Shown here piece by piece: positions 21,993 to 32,774 of a stretch of 64,000 bases of DNA (its first letter is position 1; each line of letters begins with the position of its first letter). A program made the translations under genes and the position numbers. The DNA is from Planktothrix sp. GU0601_MAG3 (lineage in GTDB: Bacteria > Cyanobacteriota > Cyanobacteriia > Cyanobacteriales > Microcoleaceae). Below the pieces are notes generated by a model. The model ran no database searches. It had not been told where the DNA came from and was given only the letters and a program-made list of their open reading frames with translations. Where the stretch lies: assembly GCA_035193785.1 (NCBI GenBank), contig CP136572.1:4852578-4916577 (forward strand). The letters run 5' to 3'.

Positions 21993-22997
21993 ATGAGAAA
22001 TTTCACTTATATCCGCGCCACATCCCTACAGGATGCGGTACAGGGAATCCGAGAACACCCCCAAGCAACGGTAATTGCTGGGGGAACGAATTTAATTGAT
22101 CGGTTAAAAGGATATCTGGAACCCTCCTCTCACCTAATTGATATTTCTCGCCTCGAGATGCAGCAGATTGAATCTCTTTCTGAGGGGGGATTACGAATTG
22201 GTGCTTTAGCGAGTAATACGGCCGTTGCCGATCATCCGATCATTCGCCGGGACTATCCCCTGCTTTCCCGGGCGATTCTGTCCGGTGCATCCCAACAAAT
22301 TCGCAACGTGGCTACGGTGGGGGGAAATCTCCTGCAAGGCACACGCTGTCCCTATTTCTCCGATCCGGCTTTTCCCTGTAATAAACGACACCCCGGAAGC
22401 GGTTGTTCTGCAAGTACCGGAATTAACCGTCTCCACGCCATATTCGGGGCAAGTGATCATTGTGTGGCGGTGCATCCCTCGGATTTTTGTGTGGCGTTGG
22501 CTGCCTTGGATGCCGTTGTAGAAACCCAAAGTTTATCAGGAAAACGAGAAATTCCAATCACAGAATTTCACCGTTTACCCGGAAATACTCCCGAACAAGA
22601 TACCAATTTACAACCGGGCGAACTAATTACAGCCGTAATTTTACCTCCCCTAGCCTTTGCTAAGTCCGGTGTTTATCTCAAATTGCGCGATCGCACTTCC
22701 TATAGTTTTGCCCTAGTCTCCGTGGCGACGGCCCTAGAAGTTCGGGATGATCAGATTCAGGCGGTTCGGATTGCCTTGGGAGGCGTGGCCCATAAACCTT
22801 GGCGGGCCATAGCCGCCGAACAGTTTTTACAGGGTCAACCCCCAACAATAGATTCATTTAAACAAGCATCAGAATTAGCTTTAAAAGAAGCTAAACCCTT
22901 AGAACATAACGGCTTTAAAATCGAAATGGCAAAAAGGGCGATCGAACGCGCGTTAATGGCATCGGTTCAAACAGGAGGACAGGAATGGGCAATGTGA
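21993..22997 (+). CDS. paoB: FAD-binding subunit (PaoB/YagS-like)
   Basis: AGGTNL, ATVGGNL, extra Cys motif RCPY..CNKR..GC..C. Confidence 0.88.
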   Translation: MRNFTYIRATSLQDAVQGIREHPQATVIAGGTNLIDRLKGYLEPSSHLIDISRLEMQQIESLSEGGLRIGALASNTAVADHPIIRRDYPLLSRAILSGASQQIRNVATVGGNLLQGTRCPYFSDPAFPCNKRHPGSGCSASTGINRLHAIFGASDHCVAVHPSDFCVALAALDAVVETQSLSGKREIPITEFHRLPGNTPEQDTNLQPGELITAVILPPLAFAKSGVYLKLRDRTSYSFALVSVATALEVRDDQIQAVRIALGGVAHKPWRAIAAEQFLQGQPPTIDSFKQASELALKEAKPLEHNGFKIEMAKRAIERALMASVQTGGQEWAM

Positions 22998-25098
22998 TGG
23001 GAAAATCCGTTAACCGCTATGAGGGACGGGCAAAAGTTACTGGCAGTGCCACCTATGCGGCAGAACATCAAATTTCGGGACTGGTTTATGGGGCCTTAAT
23101 TACCGCGACCATTGCCAAAGGTCGAGTTAAAGCCCTCCATCTCCAACAGGCCGAAGCCAGTCCGGGGGTGCTGCATATTGCCACGGCGGAGAATAGGCCA
23201 CCACTCTCCCCCGTCGCCAATGATTGGACAACTTCCCAAATCTATGAATCCCGGCTTCCCCTTGCGGATCACGAAATTCACTACCCTGGACAAATTATTG
23301 GGTTAGTGGTGGCCGATACCCCAGAACGTGCCCGTCATGCGGCGATGTTGGTTTCAGGTGGAATACGAAATCGAGACTCCTCTGATTAATCCTAAAAATG
23401 CCTTATTTATAGCTGCTCCCAGAACACCGGGTTTGGAACAGGGGAACACTGCTACAAGCCTAGAAACCGCCGAATCTCAGATTTCCGCCACCTACACAAC
23501 AGCCATGGAACTCCACGCCATGATGGAACCCCACGCCCTAATTGCCCATTGGTCTGATCCAAATTCCTTAACCGTCTATGAACCGACCCAATGGGTGATG
23601 CTGCATCAACAAACCTACGCCACCCTATTCGGCATACCGCCGGAACAGGTGCGGGTCGTGACTCCCTATATTGGCGGGGCTTTTGGTGCGAAGGTCTTTC
23701 CTTGGCCCCATGGAATTCTCTGTACCGCCGTTGCCCGGGAAATCCAACGCCCCCTAAAATTAGTTCTCCCCCGTCAACAGATGACGATGATTGTGGGAAA
23801 CCGTTCAGCCACGGAACAACACCTGAAAATCGGGGCAACATCCGACGGCCAAATTCTAGCCATCGAACATCATGCCAAATCCTATACTTCCCCCGTCGCT
23901 CCCACCTTTGCCGAAAATTGTATTTCCGTGACTCCGGTGATGTATGCTACACCCAATTTGTCCCTTAAACAAGAAATTGCAATTTTAAATATAGGAATGC
24001 CCACCTATATGCGAGGGCCGGGGGAAACACCGGGAATGTTTGCCTTAGAATCGGCCATGGACGAACTCGCCTGGAGGTTAGGAATTGATCCCGTAGAATT
24101 ACGGTTAAAAAATGCCACCCCCGTACACCAACGCAGCCAACTGCCCTTTTCCGCTAAACATTTTGCCGACTGTTTGCAGGTCGGGGCGGAACAATTTGGC
24201 TGGAAAGATCGGCCCCAACAGCCCCGCAGTTTTACCCGTAACGGAAAATTCGTCGGTTGGGGAATGGCGGCGGCGACCTTTCCGGGTCTGCGTTTCATGG
24301 CCTCGGCAACGGTACGTTTATTCCCCGATGGTACAGTCCAGGTGTTGACCTCGGCAAATGATGTGGGGACGGGTGCTTATACGGTGATTGCCATTAGCGC
24401 GGCGGAAACCCTGAATTTGCCCGTTGAGAATATCCGGGTGGAAATTGGGGATTCTCGCTTGGCCAATGGCGGTATAGCGGGGGGATCGATGATGACCGCA
24501 ACCTTGGCCCCGGCCGTCGTCAATGCCTGTGAAGAACTGCTTAAACAGGTGAATGCCCACACCATAACTGAGGCGTTGCGGGCTTTGCAGGAGTCGGGAC
24601 AACCCTTTTTAGAGGTGACGGGATCGTCTCAACCGGGGACGGGAAGCCAGGAATGGGCGTTTCAATCCTGGGGGGCTCATTTTTGTGAGGTAGAAGTGGA
24701 TGAACCCTTGGGTCGGGTTCAGGTGACACGCTGGGTGTCGGTGATGGATATTGGCCGGGTGATCAATGCCAAGGCCGCCGCCAGTCAAATTCGAGGGGCC
24801 GTAATTATGGGTATTGGGGATGCTTTGATGGAGGAATGCCAGCTTGACCCCCATCTGGGATTACCGATTGTTTATGATTTGGCCACCTATCATATTCCTG
24901 TCCATGCCGATATTCCCCGCATTCAGGTGTCCTTCGTCGGTGAAACCCGATCGGAATTTTAACCCCGTGGGGGCTAGGGGTTGTGGGGAAATTGGGATTA
25001 CGGGGGTAGCTGCGGCGATCGCTAATGCCATTTATCATGCCACGGGTAAGCGCCTGCGAGACTTACCGATGACTGCCGATCAGTTGTTAGGTATTTAA
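22985..25098 (+). CDS. paoC: Molybdopterin-binding subunit (PaoC/YagR-like; apparent frameshifts near 23353 and 24944)
   Basis: IGGAFG, MRGPGE, GGS, GARGCGEIG. Confidence 0.88.
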
Positions 25099-25126
25099 AC
25101 TGTTTCTCGTTCCCCTTCGGGGGCCA

Positions 25127-26290
25127 GTGGCGGAGCTACTCAAACCCCAAACCCATGTTATGAATGAACTTCAAGCCATTATTAAAGCCTTTGATCAAGC
25201 TGAAAATCATCATCAAAAAACAGCCTTAGCAACGGTTGTTCAGGTGCAGGGTTCAGCCTATCGTCAAATTGGGGCAAAATTGTTAATTTTTGCCGATGGA
25301 AAACGAGTCGGTTCTATTAGTGGGGGTTGCTTAGAAAATGATGTTTGTGAATGGGCAAAACAAGTCATAGAAACGGGTCAACCGCAATTAATTACCTATG
25401 ATACTACGGCCCCAGAGGATATTATTTTGGGTTTGGGTTTGGGGTGTAATGGGGTGATTAAGGTTTTAATTGAACCTTTAGAAAAGCCTAGATATAGACA
25501 ACAAATTCAGTTTATTAATGGGTGTTTAAATACTCGCAAATTAGGAGCGATCGCCACTCTATTTCAAATCCAAGAAAATTCCCTAATAGATTTTAAGGTA
25601 TTGGTTAATGAAACCGGAGTGATGATTAACTCCCCGGAAGATTTTCCCTTATCTGAAACCATCATTCAAGATACTAAAACCGCTCTCAATTATCAACAAT
25701 CTCAGGTGAAAACCTATCTCTGGGAACAGACGGAAATTCCGGTTTTTATTGATATTATTAAACCGGCTATTTCTTTAATTGTATTTGGAGGGGGTGAAGA
25801 TGCCATTCCCTTAGTGAATTTAGCAAAAGCACTGGGTTGGATAGTAAATCTGATTGATCATCGACCCGATGCAGCCACCTCCGGCCGTTTTCCCTTAGCG
25901 GATCAAATTATTATTGCTTATCCTGAAGAAATAGAGTCTAATTTCAGTCAAATTTTACCCGATTTTGATCATTATACAGTAGCGGTGATTATGACTCATA
26001 ATTATTTGTGCGATCGCAGTCTGTTAAAACTTCTCCTCCCCTCGTCTTTACCCTATATTGGATTATTAGGTTCTCGACAACGCACGGAACAAATTCTACA
26101 GGAACTTCAAACCGAATTAGACTTAAATTCCGCACTGCTTGATCATTTTTATAGTCCCATTGGATTAGATATTGGGGCGGAAACCCCATCGGAAATTGCC
26201 CTTTCTATTCTAGCAGAAATTCGCGCCGTCTTATCCGATCATTTAGGCGGATCATTAAAATATCGGGTCGGGTCAATTCATCAACTATGA
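25127..26290 (+). CDS. xdhC: XdhC/CoxI Moco insertion chaperone
   Basis: GSAYR, SGGCLE, GLGCNG, PIGLDIGAETPSEIA. Confidence 0.9.
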   Translation: MAELLKPQTHVMNELQAIIKAFDQAENHHQKTALATVVQVQGSAYRQIGAKLLIFADGKRVGSISGGCLENDVCEWAKQVIETGQPQLITYDTTAPEDIILGLGLGCNGVIKVLIEPLEKPRYRQQIQFINGCLNTRKLGAIATLFQIQENSLIDFKVLVNETGVMINSPEDFPLSETIIQDTKTALNYQQSQVKTYLWEQTEIPVFIDIIKPAISLIVFGGGEDAIPLVNLAKALGWIVNLIDHRPDAATSGRFPLADQIIIAYPEEIESNFSQILPDFDHYTVAVIMTHNYLCDRSLLKLLLPSSLPYIGLLGSRQRTEQILQELQTELDLNSALLDHFYSPIGLDIGAETPSEIALSILAEIRAVLSDHLGGSLKYRVGSIHQL

Positions 26291-26890
26291 CAGGATCAAA
26301 AATGGGTTTAATTATTCTAGCCGCCGGGGGTTCAACTCGGTTAGGTCAACCCAAACAGCTATTATTATTTAGAGGAAAAACGCTGTTAAAGCATACCGTT
26401 GAACAGGCGTTAAATTCCCGGTGTCATCCGATTATTGTGGTATTAGGATCGCAAGCTGAACAGATAGAATTAGAAATTAATTCCTTTCCCATCATTATTG
26501 TTAAAAATCTTAATTGGCAACAGGGGATGAGTCGTTTCTATCCAAACAGGAATTGAACAATTAAAAGCAATTCAATCCGATAGTCAGGGCGTTGTGATTA
26601 CCCTTTGTGATCAACCCTTTATTTCTACTCAAATTATTGATAAGCTGGTAGAAACCTATGAACAGACTCAAAATTCTATGGTTGTATCTGAGTATAATAA
26701 TATATTGGGAGTTCCGGCTTTATTTTCTCAAACTCTCTTTGATCAATTAATTAATTTAGATACAAACCAAGGCGCAAAATCTTTAATTAAAAGTTATCCT
26801 AATCATCGATCTATTGTGCCTTTTCCGTTAGGGATGCTGGATATTGATACCCCCCAGGACTATGAACAGTTATTACAGATTAGACTATGA
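26287..26890 (+). CDS. mocA: Molybdenum cofactor cytidylyltransferase-like (apparent frameshift near 26536)
   Basis: LAAGGSTRLGQPKQLL, LCDQP, DIDTPQDY. Confidence 0.85.
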
Positions 26891-27375
26891 ATTTTAATCC
26901 TTCCCAACGCCATATTTCTCAGCAAGTTATTTTAGAACACGCCCAAAAACCTCGCCATCGAGGGAAAACAAACCCGATTCATTTATCCCAGGAACAAAAT
27001 AACTCCTACTGTGGAGATATTGTACAATTAACGATTGAATTAGACTCTACAGGTGATATTATTAAAGATATTAAATTTGCAGGGCGAGGTTGTGCCGTTT
27101 CCATGGCATCTGCTGATTTAATGGCGGAAGTATTAAGGGGAAAAACCATAACAGAATCCCTGTTAATTATTCAAGATTTTTTGAATTTAATTCAAGGAAA
27201 TTATCAGTTTAATCAACCTTTGGAAAAACTCAATGTTTTTACAACTATTGTGCAGTTTCCTATACGGATGAAGTGTGCAGCTTTAAGCTGGTCTACCCTG
27301 GAAACAGCATTAAAATCATATCTTCACAACCCTATTTTAAGAGAGTGTGAACAGCGATCGCATCTTTCAGGCTAA
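26887..27375 (+). CDS. SufU/IscU-family protein
   Basis: N..CGD, GCAVSMAS, RMKCA; has the SufU-type insertion. Confidence 0.85.
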   Translation: MNFNPSQRHISQQVILEHAQKPRHRGKTNPIHLSQEQNNSYCGDIVQLTIELDSTGDIIKDIKFAGRGCAVSMASADLMAEVLRGKTITESLLIIQDFLNLIQGNYQFNQPLEKLNVFTTIVQFPIRMKCAALSWSTLETALKSYLHNPILRECEQRSHLSG

Positions 27376-27519
27376 ACTATTAATATCTAACGGTGATCAT
27401 TTTTGTTCCACAAAAGCAATTTTATCGGAAAATTAGGATAGAATTGAAAGTTAAGGATAACCTAAAATAGCATTTGGTCAACTGAAATAAAAACCTTCAG
27501 TGTTTGAATATTAATACCC

Positions 27520-28035
27520 ATGAATGAACTGACACTAAAGTGGACAGAAGCTGGTCAGTCCCGCACCCAAACCCTGAATGATCAAAAAACCTATCGGGTT
27601 GGACGAGATCCCACACGCTGCGATATTGTATTATCCCATCCAACGGTATCGGGATTACATATTGAAATTTTTTTTCATCCAGCTAGTCATAACTTCTATC
27701 TGAAAAATTTACGAGAAACTAACCCACCGATGATTAATAATCAAGAGTTAATAACGGGTGAGGTTATTTTAAATTCTGGCAATAATATACAATTAGGACA
27801 ACAGCAATTAGAAGTAATTTCTATTAATTTTGAACATTTTTTAATTGCACCAACACTATTATTTTCCCCCGATGAACTAACATCAAAAGCTCCTATTCAT
27901 CTCAATCCTGTACAATATGGTTTACAGTGTCCCCAATGCGATCACGTTTCCTCTTATGAACAATTAAATGTAGGTTGTCCTTGGTGTGGAACGTCCTTAG
28001 CAGCAGCAGTTAGTGTGGTTTTATCCACCCAATAG
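27520..28035 (+). CDS. FHA domain protein with C-terminal Zn ribbon
   Basis: VGRD, VSGLH; CPQC...CPWC. Confidence 0.85.
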   Translation: MNELTLKWTEAGQSRTQTLNDQKTYRVGRDPTRCDIVLSHPTVSGLHIEIFFHPASHNFYLKNLRETNPPMINNQELITGEVILNSGNNIQLGQQQLEVISINFEHFLIAPTLLFSPDELTSKAPIHLNPVQYGLQCPQCDHVSSYEQLNVGCPWCGTSLAAAVSVVLSTQ

Positions 28036-28066
28036 ATAAACCTCAAAAATAAAGACTAAAAAACGG

Positions 28067-30054
28067 ATGCAAATTCGACTAAGTTGGCAAAATTTAGAAA
28101 CAGGAGAATGGCGAACCCCGGTTTCTAACCCTACCCATTGCATTAGGAAGGGTTTTTGAACGAATGCCTTCTACGGTGAATGGAGAAAAGGTTTCTCGGA
28201 TTGTTTTAACAGGAGAAAGAGTCTCCCGTTTTCATGGGTTAATTACCCGGGAACAAGGAAAATTGATGGTCACCGATACCGGAAGCCGCAATGGAATTTT
28301 AGTGAATGGAATTGTGCAAAGTCGTTGTTGCATTCAAGAGGGAGATACTTTACAAATTGGTCAATATAATATTACAATTTCTTTTATTACTAATAATTTT
28401 AATATTCCTAATCAAAAATCATCACAAATTTCCTTTAATACCCAAACTAATTTACCCATTCCCCCTGTTTCTGCCCCGACCATATCCTCATCAAATCAAG
28501 AGAGTTTCCCACCCCCATCCTTTCTCGATATTGCTCAAGTTTCCCTAACCCAATTACAAGCCACGGGATTACCCATTGAGCAAATCGATTATCTAACAAT
28601 TGGGGCGGGATTAGGGAGTTTTATTTGGGTTGATTCCCTGAGAATTTCGGGTGTTAAATCCGATCAAATTATCGCCTTGGGAATGGAAGATAAACCCTAT
28701 AATCGTTATCAAAGATTGTGTTTAAATTCCCAAATTCCTTCCCATGAAAGGTTACGTTCTAACTCGGATTCCTGTCCCGATAATCTTTGGGGATGGCCGA
28801 GTTATGCCCTCCGAGAATCCTATGCAGAATGGTGTAAAGGCAAATTTTCCACCGCTTTAAATTTACTCTGGCAAGTGTTTTCTGAACCGACGTTTGCCCA
28901 AACCTATACCCCCCGTTCTGGTAATGTTTTTGATGCGATTGATCGAGAAATAAATCGAATTGAATGGTCAAAAATATATCGCTATGGCCGGGTAAAAAAT
29001 ATTAGGAAAACCACCGATGGACGTTATGCGATCGCCTATTCCCGTTCTACAGAAAATCATCGAGATCATGGATTTATTATTGCTCGATATGTTCATTTAG
29101 CCACGGGTTATCCGGCGATTCAATTTCTCCCCGATTTACAGACTTATCGAGAACAAACCCAAGATTTTAAATCCGTTGTTAATGCCTATGAAGATCATCA
29201 ACATATTTATGATCATTTAGAAAAATCGGGGGGAAACAGTAATTATTAGGGGTCGGGGAATTGTGGCTTCTCGAATTTTACAGCGTCTTTATGAAGCGAG
29301 GGCGAGAAATTCTCAGATCCAAATTTTACATTTAATGCGATCGCCCAAGGCCCAAGGAAATCAATTTCAACAAGCAAAAAGAACCATTGAAAATCATTTT
29401 GAATTTCAACCATTTAACTGGCCAAAAGCCTGTTGGGGCGGTGACTTACGCCAACAATTGGAAGTAGCTACCCCTCCCGAAAGATTACAACTCCTAGAAC
29501 AGTGGGGAGGCACCACCACAGCTAATAGAAAAGACTGGCGAAATATTATTAATCAAGGACTGCGCCAAGGGTGGTATCGCATGACTTTTGGAACCGTGGA
29601 ACAGGTGGAACCTAGCCCTACGGGTCGCACCCTAACTACCATTCGAGAACATGGGTTAAATGCCCATCTTAAGTTAGAGGCGGATTTTATTATTGATGCG
29701 ACTGGGTTAGAGGCTAAAGTTAATACAAATCCCTTATTAAAAGATTTGGTAGTTCATTATAATTTGCCCTTAAATGCCTTGGGACGGTTGAGTGTGGCGA
29801 ATGATTTTGAATTAGTAGAAATGCGAAGTTCTACGGTAGTAAATGATGCTGTAGGGGGTCGGATGTATGCCACGGGTGCAATTACCCTGGGAGGCCCCTA
29901 TGCGGCCGTCGATAGCTTTTTGGGGTTGCAATATGCGGCGTTAATTTCCCTGGAAAGTTTGGCTTCTCTTTCAGCGCCCGGGTTAGGAAAATTAAAGGGA
30001 TGGCGATCGCTTTTACAATGGTTTAAATGGGTGAATAATCAACCTCCAAATTAA
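28067..30054 (+). CDS. FHA domain fused to FAD/NAD(P)-binding oxidoreductase (apparent frameshifts near 28123 and 29235)
   Basis: VSRFH..GSRNG; IGAGLG, LATGY, IRGRGIVAS, DATG. Confidence 0.8.
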
Positions 30055-30068
30055 ATTAATTAATAATT

Positions 30069-30627
30069 TCAAACAATCCCAGCTTGTTGAAAAACTTGCA
30101 GAGGTGTGAGTTGCAATCCTTCTAATAAATTATCAGTTAAAATTGCCTCATCTCGTTTTGTTTGAGGGGGTGCATCGGGATAAAAAATAGTAATAGTTTT
30201 AGCTTTAGGGTCAACAACCCAAACCCTCAATACCCCCGCATTGAGATAATCAATCGCTTTTTCACTCATTTGGCCAAAGGTTTGATCCGGCGAGATAATT
30301 TCTATCACTAATTCCGGGGGAATGGGGCAAGCTTCATCAATAAATCTTTCTAAGGGAAGACGACTATAGGAAATATAAAGTAAGTCAGGGATAGGAAACC
30401 CAATCTCGATTATTTTTTTTCAGAATAACAGCCCATTCTATGCCAATTTCTCCTCGGTTTTGACACCATTGGGTTAACAGGGTACACAGAGTAACAGTCA
30501 GTCGGGAATGAAAACGTTTAGGAGCCATTTTAGAAATTGCTTCTCCATTAATCAATTCATAGTTTAAGTCGGTTTCAGGAAGGCTAAGAAATTCGTCTAG
30601 GGTGAGTTGAGTTTTGAGTGTTACCAT
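30069..30627 (-). CDS. Uma2 family protein (apparent frameshift near 30397)
   Basis: YELING, PD, IEIISP, VWVVDP. Confidence 0.85.
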
Positions 30628-30873
30628 CAGTTGATTGCTCAAATGGGTGTTGGCTTAAGTTCGGGTATTGAATGGATTATAACAGCATTTTTTAAACATT
30701 CTATTGTCGTGTTCATTCGGTGCATGGGTAATCATTGTATTAGGTGCTTAATCGCTCGTGGTGATATCAGTCACATAATTTCTACGGAAACATCACTTAA
30801 CCACACCTCAATCAATCACCTCCCAAACCGGGGGAATACGAGATGATAAAAGTGTCGAGTTCAAGGTCTAGCC

Positions 30874-31092
30874 ATGATGCCCTACGTTAATCTTCTGCCC
30901 GGTGCGATTACTGAAATGGTTGCTTCCATCGCCGATAACCACTGTTTAACCAAAGCCGACCGCTACGGATTAATGGCTGCGATTTTGGACGACTCCTTAC
31001 CCGAAGAAGAACGGATGTGTATTGACCGGGTGTTACGGTCACTGTTGCGCGGAAAAATTGCCGTTGTGAATGAAGTCTCTGCAATTGCCTAA
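30874..31092 (+). CDS. Small hypothetical protein
   Basis: 72-aa ORF (LTKADRYGLMAAIL..IDR) followed by a hairpin. Confidence 0.65.
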   Translation: MMPYVNLLPGAITEMVASIADNHCLTKADRYGLMAAILDDSLPEEERMCIDRVLRSLLRGKIAVVNEVSAIA

Positions 31093-31171
31093 ATTAAATC
31101 ATACAAGCCATGTTTTGTGAACTCGACAAACTCAAAATATGGCTCTAATTTGTTGAGGAGAAGTTATTACC

Positions 31172-31618
31172 CGTAGGGGCGGGTTCGGGATAATTCCTGT
31201 TAATAATCAAAAATCTGACTAAACCCGCCCCGCCACTCTACAATTCCTGTTAATAATCAAAAATATTTCTCAACCCGCCCCGCCACTAATTTTTTAAGAG
31301 AAGAAGAAGGGCGTGTTTAGCCAGATGGGGGTGATGTGATAAAGATTGTTCCGAACCCGCCCCTACATCCAGCCGCCCAGCCACTAATTTTTTAAGAGAG
31401 GAAGGGCGGGTTTAGCCAGATGGGGGTGATGTGATAAAGATTGTTCCGAAACCCGCCCCTACATCCAGCCGCCCCGCCACTAATTTTTTAAGAGAGGAAG
31501 GGCGGGTTTAGCCAGATGGGGGTGATGTAATAAAAATTGTTCCGAACCCGCCCCTACATCCGGGGTTATTACTCTACAATTGCTGTTAATAATCAAAAAT
31601 CTGACTAAATCCGCCCCC
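31172..31618. repeat. REP-doublet cluster with three ~96-99-bp tandem units
   Basis: GGGCGGGTT...AACCCGCCCCTAC units, same family as 4812-5446. Confidence 0.85.
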
Positions 31619-31675
31619 AATAAAATTTGATTTTCAAACATCAACAATATTTAGGTAGAATCAAATAGAAAATGA

Positions 31676-32584
31676 TTGCTACCGAATATGTTTCCCAGTT
31701 TTCTGCCCCAGTCTGTCCAAAAGTTAACCGAAGCCACTTCCATTGCCTTGGCTCAAAATCTCAAATGTGAGCCAATTTCTACCCCATTAAGAGAGCAACC
31801 GATTCAAACTACTTATATTCGTCAAGGTCAGGGGGGAACCCCGATTTTATTAATTCATGGATTTGATAGTTCTGTCTTTGAATATCGGCGATTATTGCCA
31901 TTATTAGCTTCAGAAAACGAAACTTTTGCCGTGGATATTTTAGGATTTGGATTTACAGAACGAGGAACAGAATTTAAGTTAAATCGCTCGGAAATAGCCA
32001 CTCATTTATATTCATTTTGGCAAACTTTAATTAATCAACCTGTGATTTTAGTTGGGGCTTCAATGGGCGGTGCGGTTGCCTTGGATTTTACCTTATTATA
32101 TCCTGAAGCGGTGAAATCTCTGGTCTTATTAGATAGTGCTGGCATGAAACCAGGGCCAGTCATGGGTAAATTTTTATTACCGCCTTTTGATTATTTAGCT
32201 ACGGAATTTTTAAGGAATCCTAAAGTCCGTCAAGCTATTAGTGAAAGTGCTTATTTTGATAAAACTTTTGCTTCTATAGATGCTCAAGTTTGTGCCGCCT
32301 TGCATTTAGAAGCCGTCGGTTGGAATCAGGCTTTGATTAGGTTTAGTAAAACCGGGGGATATGGAAAATTTGGCAAGCAATTGAATAATATTCAACAAAA
32401 AATCTTGATTTTATGGGGAGATAATGATAAAATATTAGGAACCGCAGATGCCTATAAATTTGAGAAAGCCATTCCCCAATCTCAACTTTTTTGGGTTAAA
32501 AACTCCGGTCATGTTCCCCACTTAGAAAAACCTGAAACCACAGCACAATATATTTTAGATTTTGTGAAAAATCAAACCTTGTAG
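31676..32584 (+). CDS. Alpha/beta hydrolase
   Basis: HGFD, GASMGG, GHVPHLE. Confidence 0.9.
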   Translation: MLPNMFPSFLPQSVQKLTEATSIALAQNLKCEPISTPLREQPIQTTYIRQGQGGTPILLIHGFDSSVFEYRRLLPLLASENETFAVDILGFGFTERGTEFKLNRSEIATHLYSFWQTLINQPVILVGASMGGAVALDFTLLYPEAVKSLVLLDSAGMKPGPVMGKFLLPPFDYLATEFLRNPKVRQAISESAYFDKTFASIDAQVCAALHLEAVGWNQALIRFSKTGGYGKFGKQLNNIQQKILILWGDNDKILGTADAYKFEKAIPQSQLFWVKNSGHVPHLEKPETTAQYILDFVKNQTL

Positions 32585-32774
32585 AAACCAAATAAACAGA
32601 GGCTGGGAGAATGGACACAAGGTTAAAATTAAAAGATTTGCTTAGTCTATATCGATCCTCTCAGTCCTCTTTATAATTTAACTAAAGTTTTTCCTGATCC
32701 TTTGAGGTGATATGGAAGACATTAACAGAACTTAAAAGATTAATTTCTGTTGATTTAATAGAGGGAAATTCAAC

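Noticed and set aside
22206..25038. Multiple overlapping small ORFs in paoBC
   Set aside because: Shadow ORFs in GC-richer coding sequence.
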